From the IMG/VR virus record IMGVR_UViG_3300035701_000012: 19,760 nt of DNA; one strand, 5' to 3'. The DNA comes from a virus (lineage: Duplodnaviria > Heunggongvirae > Uroviricota > Caudoviricetes). Position 1 is the stretch's first letter; the number at the start of each line of letters is the position of its first letter. This document shows positions 14,866 through 19,760 of the stretch, in pieces. The notes under the pieces were generated by a model that made no database searches, was not told where the DNA came from, and saw only the letters and a program-made list of their open reading frames with translations. The translations under genes were made by a program, and so were the position numbers.

Positions 14866-15237
14866 ATGTCAACAAGAAGCAGGATAGGTATATCGAGAGC
14901 AGATGGAACAATAATCAGCATATACAGTCATTGGGATGGTTATCCGAAAGGAGTCGGAGCTACATTGAAAAAATATTATAAAAATTCGGCAAAAATATTG
15001 CAGTTAATGGAACTCGGTGATATATCAGTCCTTGGGAAAAACATAGGAACAAAACATTCTTTTGAGATTGCTTCAGAGACGGATGAAACAACTGCTTATG
15101 GTAGAGATAGAGGAGAGAAAGGAGTTGAAGCACAAATATCCAAAAGTTTGGAAGATTTTGTCAAACTCGCAGATAATTCTGGAGCTGAATATGCGTATCT
15201 TTGGGAAAAGGGCAAATGGAAAACAATGAAAATTTAA
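14866..15237 (+). CDS. Conserved phage protein, MSTRS...Y(S/C)HWDGYP family
   Basis: MSTRSRIG...IYSHWDGYP...TAYGRDRGE...GAEYAYL motifs typical of a widespread viral hypothetical family. Confidence 0.7.
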   Translation: MSTRSRIGISRADGTIISIYSHWDGYPKGVGATLKKYYKNSAKILQLMELGDISVLGKNIGTKHSFEIASETDETTAYGRDRGEKGVEAQISKSLEDFVKLADNSGAEYAYLWEKGKWKTMKI

Positions 15238-15252
15238 TGCATGGTGAATAAA

Positions 15253-15621
15253 ATGTCAACAAGAGGAACCGCAGTTATTGATGGAAAAAAGTTTTACATT
15301 CGTAGCGATGCCTATCCGAGCTTCGCAAAACCGGTAATAAAGAAAGCATTGCAATCGCTTGAAGATTATTATGCAGGATACGATAGAACTTTGAGGTTTA
15401 TTTTCAAAGCGAATTGTGCCGCAGATTTTGAATGGATTTCTACAGAAGAGCTAAAAGGCAAGTTCGATTTGATTTTTGATGAATATCATTGGATAGTTAA
15501 TACGACCAGAGGAACATTCAGACAGGATATGGTTCACCAAAGAAAATTTGATAAGGAAGTGAGAAAAGTCACCAAAGAAATGAAAGAAAAAGGATGGACA
15601 GGGTTTGTTGGTAAAAAATGA
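15253..15621 (+). CDS. Divergent paralog of preceding DGYP-family protein
   Basis: MSTRGTA...FYIRSDAYP; GGTGA RBS gives ATG 15253. Confidence 0.55.
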   Translation: MSTRGTAVIDGKKFYIRSDAYPSFAKPVIKKALQSLEDYYAGYDRTLRFIFKANCAADFEWISTEELKGKFDLIFDEYHWIVNTTRGTFRQDMVHQRKFDKEVRKVTKEMKEKGWTGFVGKK

Positions 15622-15824
15622 AATATCTTTATTGGATTGAAGATAGAGACGACCCAAGTTTTGAGACAACTTGGTCAGTTACAACGAGCAGAAGAAAAGT
15701 CATGAAAACTTTGAAAAAAGACAAGGAAATATTCCCAAATAGAAAATTAGTCATACGCAGAAGCAGTAAAGAATCATACGGGCAATGGGCGAGAAGAGCA
15801 GCGAAACCGCAATTTAATCCATAA
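15618..15824 (+). CDS. Hypothetical basic protein
   Basis: ATGA-coupled 68-aa ORF. Confidence 0.6.
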   Translation: MKYLYWIEDRDDPSFETTWSVTTSRRKVMKTLKKDKEIFPNRKLVIRRSSKESYGQWARRAAKPQFNP

Positions 15825-15833
15825 GGTGAAATC

Positions 15834-16226
15834 ATGAACGAAAACATAACTATCAAGAAAAAACATCTCGATGCACATCTCGAAGTTCAGATGGGTGTGA
15901 TTGTGCCATCGACATCGTTTGTAGATGTTGAAATATCTGATGCCGATTTTGATGCAAGAGTAGAAAAAGTCAGAAGATATATGGCAAGTTTTGGCGGATA
16001 TACATCTGTGAGTGCCATTGGCGGTTATCTCAGCAAGGCAAAAGGGCTTGTCACGGAAAGAAGTTTGATAGTTTGGGCTTATGCTGACAAGAGAAGTTAT
16101 CAAAGAAAAAAAGGTGCATTGCTTCGTAAAGTCAAAGCGTGGGGAAAGGATTGGAAACAAGAATCAATGGGTTTGATACTCGAAGATGATATGTTTTTGG
16201 TGAAACCGGCAGGTGTTAAGAAATGA
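15834..16226 (+). CDS. DUF3574-like / PII-like ferredoxin-fold protein
   Basis: FGGYT...GGY....LVTE...W.QES pattern; AGGTGA RBS. Confidence 0.5.
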   Translation: MNENITIKKKHLDAHLEVQMGVIVPSTSFVDVEISDADFDARVEKVRRYMASFGGYTSVSAIGGYLSKAKGLVTERSLIVWAYADKRSYQRKKGALLRKVKAWGKDWKQESMGLILEDDMFLVKPAGVKK

Positions 16227-16540
16227 TAGAAGTTTATTACCAAAAAGAAATGGATACAAAATGGTTTTTGGCAACAGATAAACGTATCGGAATATCGAGA
16301 GCAAATTTTCATGAGAAATGGAAAAAGATGCCTGTAGAATTCAAGGCAGGGACTCATAGAGAGAAAATATTTGAAATATTGAATTTGGATAATAATCCGA
16401 TTGGAACACCTGAAGGTCAGGCATGGCTTAGGCGAAATGGTGTGCGGCATACGAGTATGTCTGTTGGTGACATCGTAAAGAAAGGTGGAAAATATTTTAT
16501 GGTTTTGGGCGAAGGATGGGCAACTGTGGATTTGATTTAA
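16223..16540 (+). CDS. YodL-like domain protein
   Basis: EKIFEILN...HTSMSVGDIV...YFMVLGEGW signature. Confidence 0.7.
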   Translation: MIEVYYQKEMDTKWFLATDKRIGISRANFHEKWKKMPVEFKAGTHREKIFEILNLDNNPIGTPEGQAWLRRNGVRHTSMSVGDIVKKGGKYFMVLGEGWATVDLI

Positions 16541-16541
16541 A

Positions 16542-16679
16542 ATGACCATACCAAAATATTGGAAGAAAATGAAGAAACGAAGAATAAAGAAACGCAGTAG
16601 CAAGAAAACTGTATTGTTTCTTGCGAAAACAAAGGGCAGAAAAAAGAAGAAGTTAGTAATGTTTGAAGCTAAAAAATGA
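16542..16679 (+). CDS. 45-aa highly basic microprotein (not in ORF track)
   Basis: MTIPKYWKKMKKRRIKKRSSKK...; 21/45 residues K or R; fills gap exactly. Confidence 0.55.
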   Translation: MTIPKYWKKMKKRRIKKRSSKKTVLFLAKTKGRKKKKLVMFEAKK

Positions 16680-16689
16680 GGCGATGAAA

Positions 16690-16965
16690 ATGAAAGACGT
16701 GAAAATCAGTGTGGTGAAAAGCAAGATAACGGTTACAAGTGATAGAGTCGGAAAAATAATCATTCCGTGGGGAGACATAGAACACACGGCTCTTTTGATA
16801 CATGATACTGGTGATAGAGTGAATAATATTTCATTGTTTCATGAGCTAAGTTATCGTTACGATTTGAAAAAAGATTCAAGAATATGGCATGAAATGTTGA
16901 GAACACGACCATTTACAAAAATATTGAAACTACATCAATGGGATGTTAAATCAAAAATGATGTGA
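16690..16965 (+). CDS. Hypothetical protein
   Basis: GAGG RBS favours ATG 16690. Confidence 0.6.
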   Translation: MKDVKISVVKSKITVTSDRVGKIIIPWGDIEHTALLIHDTGDRVNNISLFHELSYRYDLKKDSRIWHEMLRTRPFTKILKLHQWDVKSKMM

Positions 16966-16970
16966 CAAAC

Positions 16971-17210
16971 ATGACAAGTATAGATATTATCAAAGATATT
17001 CAAAATGCAAAGAAAAAACTGATTAGAAGAGCATTACGTTCAGGTATATACGAAAATTTTGGTGAAAAAGAAGAACGTGAACTCAGAGATAAATGGAGTC
17101 GGTATTTTGATAAAACCAAAGATACAGATGACAAAATAAGAAATGAAATGAATAAATTCTTTGAATGGAGAATTAATTTTGATGATGTAGAACTTAGAAA
17201 GGCGAGGTGA
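16971..17210 (+). CDS. Conserved viral hypothetical protein (GIYENFG motif)
   Basis: AKKKLI...GIYENFGEKE.REL.DK motif recalled from phage proteins. Confidence 0.6.
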   Translation: MTSIDIIKDIQNAKKKLIRRALRSGIYENFGEKEERELRDKWSRYFDKTKDTDDKIRNEMNKFFEWRINFDDVELRKAR

Positions 17211-17215
17211 GAAAC

Positions 17216-17299
17216 ATGGCAAGAAAAAGACGAGGAAGAAGTGCAGCAGAGATGAAAGCGATGAGAAAAAAACATAAGCTCGGTGAATATCGTAGGTGA
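17216..17299 (+). CDS. 27-aa basic micropeptide (not in ORF track)
   Basis: MARKRRGRSAAEMKAMRKKHKLGEYRR; GAGGTGA RBS. Confidence 0.55.
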   Translation: MARKRRGRSAAEMKAMRKKHKLGEYRR

Positions 17300-17303
17300 A
17301 AAA

Positions 17304-17582
17304 ATGGTCACAATCGAAGATATGAGACGAATAAATATGGAAAAAGGACAATATTTTTTTAGTCAATCAACTATGAGATTTTTCAAATCGAGAATTGTGA
17401 CCAAAGGTCAACTCATCAAAGACAAGTATTTTATTACAAGCGAAAAGTTCGATGAAGACACGCCCAGATTATTTACCGTGAGAAAATTCAATTCAGCCAC
17501 TGGAAACATAAATACGGTTGGAGAATTTCAGGGATTTAGAACATCAAGTGAAGCAAAAAGATTTGCTATGAATTTGGAGTGA
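17304..17582 (+). CDS. Conserved viral hypothetical protein (FF...TMRFFxSR motif)
   Basis: YFFSQSTMRFFKSRI...YFITSE...R.FTVR...G.I.T..EF motif; AGGTGA RBS. Confidence 0.65.
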   Translation: MVTIEDMRRINMEKGQYFFSQSTMRFFKSRIVTKGQLIKDKYFITSEKFDEDTPRLFTVRKFNSATGNINTVGEFQGFRTSSEAKRFAMNLE

Positions 17583-17587
17583 TTAAA

Positions 17588-17902
17588 ATGTCAAAATGGA
17601 TTTCAACAGATGCTTGGCGAGGATACAATCAGCCGAACAGTGCAATAGTTGGTGCAAGTGATACAGGAATGTCGTCAGATAGTCCGTGTCCATCAAGTGA
17701 AGTTGCAATAGAATTGAACAGAATACGAGCATATCTGAAGAAACATGGAATATCTGCGAGAAAATCCGTTACAAGAAGCAGCAATGTTTTCATGGTGAAA
17801 AGATGGTTGGTGGCTAATCCGGGTGATGTTTCAAGAGGAAGAAAACTTGTGAAAAAATATCTTGAAACGACACAAACAAATCATTTACATGAAGCAGAAT
17901 AG
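17588..17902 (+). CDS. Hypothetical viral protein (TDAWRGY...SNVF)
   Basis: GGAGTGA RBS; ORF tiles operon. Confidence 0.6.
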   Translation: MSKWISTDAWRGYNQPNSAIVGASDTGMSSDSPCPSSEVAIELNRIRAYLKKHGISARKSVTRSSNVFMVKRWLVANPGDVSRGRKLVKKYLETTQTNHLHEAE

Positions 17903-17910
17903 GTGATAAT

Positions 17911-18078
17911 TTGTATAAAGTTATGGTCAAGCATAAATCAAAATGGAAGCAGAGGTTTGAAGAAGACGGAATAAAGTGCGGTTTCATCGTAGCATATCCG
18001 AGATATGACATCGCAAAAGTTCAGGCAGATAATTTTTCAAAGCGAACAGGTCTGCCAACAAAAATCATAAGGTGTTGA
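17911..18078 (+). CDS. 55-aa hypothetical protein (not in ORF track)
   Basis: AGGTGA RBS then TTG; MYKVMVKHKSKW... Confidence 0.5.
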   Translation: MYKVMVKHKSKWKQRFEEDGIKCGFIVAYPRYDIAKVQADNFSKRTGLPTKIIRC

Positions 18079-18079
18079 T

Positions 18080-18466
18080 ATGGTAAATAAAAAGAAAATA
18101 TGTGGAAAGACTGCTATTATCATGATAATAGTGGTTTTGATAGTTGGCATTTTTATGGGCAGCCAACTTTTTCCAAAAACAAATTATGTTCAAATGACAA
18201 CGAGTGGACAAACTTGTCCTGTGTGCGGACTTCCATCAGATTATGCCAATCTTCAAACGAGAGAGCAATGTTATCAGAACATTGCTTATTGGACAAACAG
18301 TGATTTGAATAGTATTTATGGAAATTATTGTTATCATGTAGACACAACGCTTGATGTGTATTGTAAAAATTATATTTACAAATTGAAAGGAAAGGTTTCG
18401 GCTAATTTAATCAATTGTCAAAATAATATACCAGCAAATCAATTGACATTTAGTGTTTATCCATAA
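18080..18466 (+). CDS. Signal-anchored Cys-containing protein
   Basis: MVNKKK + TM + CPVC and four further Cys. Confidence 0.7.
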   Translation: MVNKKKICGKTAIIMIIVVLIVGIFMGSQLFPKTNYVQMTTSGQTCPVCGLPSDYANLQTREQCYQNIAYWTNSDLNSIYGNYCYHVDTTLDVYCKNYIYKLKGKVSANLINCQNNIPANQLTFSVYP

Positions 18467-18485
18467 AGTATTGGTGATTTAATGT

Positions 18486-18623
18486 ATGAAGATAAGGTTC
18501 AAAAGATACTCTTTCAAAATTTGGTTTTGCTTGAACCCGAAATGCCAACAAGTGTTTTTAAGAGAGAGCTACGATTGGTGTCCGTTGTGTCGTGGCTATG
18601 TTGCAATTGAGAGATGGTGGTAA
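18486..18623 (+). CDS. 45-aa Zn-ribbon microprotein (not in ORF track)
   Basis: CLNPKC...CPLC; GGTGA RBS 7 nt upstream; TAATG coupling to next gene. Confidence 0.6.
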   Translation: MKIRFKRYSFKIWFCLNPKCQQVFLRESYDWCPLCRGYVAIERWW

Positions 18624-18826
18624 TGAAAAAGAAAAGTAAAGGATACCTTATTACAGCAATAGGAATTGCAATGATAATTATCGGAGTGATATTGCTTTAT
18701 GGTTATACCTTTTTGCCTGTGTATAATCAATATGCATATATTGGAGGAGTTCAAGTTATAAATTTTGCAGGATTAATAATTTTTGTTTCAGGGTTAATAA
18801 TTTCATTTAGGCGTTGGATTTTATGA
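18623..18826 (+). CDS. Two-TM microprotein
   Basis: MKKKSKG + two hydrophobic helices. Confidence 0.65.
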   Translation: MKKKSKGYLITAIGIAMIIIGVILLYGYTFLPVYNQYAYIGGVQVINFAGLIIFVSGLIISFRRWIL

Positions 18827-18987
18827 AAAAAACTTTCGTTGTTGTGGTTCATATTAAGGATGAAGTATATGCAGCACCGCAACGAGTTGAGTTCAAGGCA
18901 AAGACAAGACGAGAGGCACAGAAAGTTTTAAACCAACGAAAAAAATGGTATGGTTTTATTGATGGGTATATCAAGGATGCGAGATGA
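18823..18987 (+). CDS. 54-aa hypothetical protein (not in ORF track)
   Basis: ATGA-coupled; MKKTFVVVVHIKDEV... Confidence 0.55.
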   Translation: MKKTFVVVVHIKDEVYAAPQRVEFKAKTRREAQKVLNQRKKWYGFIDGYIKDAR

Positions 18988-18993
18988 ATAGTA

Positions 18994-19206
18994 ATGAAAA
19001 AGAAAAATTGGGTAATAATAATCATCATGGTATCTGTAGTATTGATACTTATCTCAGGATTTTTCATAGGCGGTGGAAGTCCACCAAGATATAGTATTGG
19101 AGGTTCGGGAAATTGTGTCATTGCAGGATTTCCGACTCAATCATATCGTAATTTAACGAAAATGCAGTGTGATGAAATAAATGGAACGTATTATCCGTTA
19201 TATTAG
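18994..19206 (+). CDS. Signal-anchored miniprotein with two Cys
   Basis: MKKKN + TM + GNC...QC. Confidence 0.65.
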   Translation: MKKKNWVIIIIMVSVVLILISGFFIGGGSPPRYSIGGSGNCVIAGFPTQSYRNLTKMQCDEINGTYYPLY

Positions 19207-19216
19207 GTAGATTGCT

Positions 19217-19492
19217 ATGGTAAAAAAGAAAAAGAATATATTATTTGTGATTTTAGCATCACCAATGATTATCATAGGTATCTTATTAGTAATATTTTTA
19301 GTATTGGCTACAGTTCCCGAATGGCAATATCCCGACTATTGCAAAAGTTTGGGATATAAATATGTGGGATTTTTAGGTTCAAACACAAAGGCGTGTGTAA
19401 ATATAGACTATACTTACAGTTGTGATATAATCAAAAGTGATTTTTGGTGTCAAGGACAATTTTGCAATTTAGGTTGTGTTCCACGTTCATAA
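19217..19492 (+). CDS. Signal-anchored Cys-rich miniprotein
   Basis: MVKKKK + TM + 7 Cys. Confidence 0.65.
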   Translation: MVKKKKNILFVILASPMIIIGILLVIFLVLATVPEWQYPDYCKSLGYKYVGFLGSNTKACVNIDYTYSCDIIKSDFWCQGQFCNLGCVPRS

Positions 19493-19507
19493 TTTATATT
19501 AGGTGAT

Positions 19508-19708
19508 TTGAAAATGACATTAACAAGAGGGTTTATCGTAAAATTGATTCCAAAATTTAAAAATAGTGGTTATCCTGAGACAACAGTGCATCCTCATAAA
19601 GGCGAAGTTTCGTGGAGTAAAACAAGAGCAATAAAAGAAGCTAAATTTGCGTTAAAGGGAAGATGTGGACAGGCATTACAGTGGGAGAAGCTTATAATTA
19701 TCGAATAG
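19508..19708 (+). CDS. Hypothetical basic protein
   Basis: AGGTGA RBS; 66 aa. Confidence 0.55.
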   Translation: MKMTLTRGFIVKLIPKFKNSGYPETTVHPHKGEVSWSKTRAIKEAKFALKGRCGQALQWEKLIIIE

Positions 19709-19724
19709 TGAGAAGGAGATGAAA

Positions 19725-19760
19725 ATGGCTTGGAAAAAGATTGCACCCGGTGATGGTGAT
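19725..19760 (+). CDS. Partial ORF running off window end
   Basis: AGGAG RBS, MAWKKIAPGDGD... Confidence 0.45.
   Translation, partial: MAWKKIAPGDGD

Larger units (their letters stand above)
46..19760. mobile_element. Segment of archaeal virus-like or extrachromosomal element; boundaries not in window
   Basis: Primase-helicase, orphan MTase, resolvase-like nuclease, RHH/AbrB regulators, dozens of tiny coupled ORFs, no housekeeping genes. Confidence 0.85.

Noticed and set aside
8271-19121. Minus-strand ORFs in the right arm (e.g. 11900-12466, 13587-13952, 16100-16603)
   Set aside because: Antisense to tightly coupled plus-strand genes with clear RBS

Overview
AT-rich, densely packed segment of an archaeal virus-like or mobile replicon. 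Evidence for an archaeal host: GGTGA/GAGGTGA ribosome-binding sites, BRE+TATA-like promoters, and non-acidic Lys-rich proteins (so not a haloarchaeon). There are two divergent arms. The left arm (minus strand, ~46-7145) is a replication/regulation module: AbrB-like and wHTH regulators, a putative SSB, an AEP primase fused to a RepA/SF4-type (AAA_25) helicase, an origin-like inverted repeat just downstream, two ribbon-helix-helix genes (one holding a palindromic repeat array), a membrane-anchored HExxH protein, a beta-class DNA methyltransferase and a PD-(D/E)XK resolvase-like nuclease. The right arm (plus strand, 7276-end) is a membrane-protein module centred on a ~557-aa signal-peptide/C-terminal-TM protein. 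By my recalled motif comparison it matches the archaeal fusexin Fsx1 (HAP2/class II fusogen fold). It is accompanied by a Cys-rich adhesin-like protein with thrombospondin-like repeats, ~15 small membrane proteins, basic micropeptides and phage-type small accessory genes. No capsid, terminase, packaging ATPase or integrase gene is recognisable in the window. The most exciting reading is a self-replicating, possibly enveloped archaeal element carrying its own adhesion and membrane-fusion machinery. All family calls come from by-eye motif recognition, not database searches. Many starts were re-placed using RBS spacing, and about a dozen short ORFs missing from the supplied track were added.
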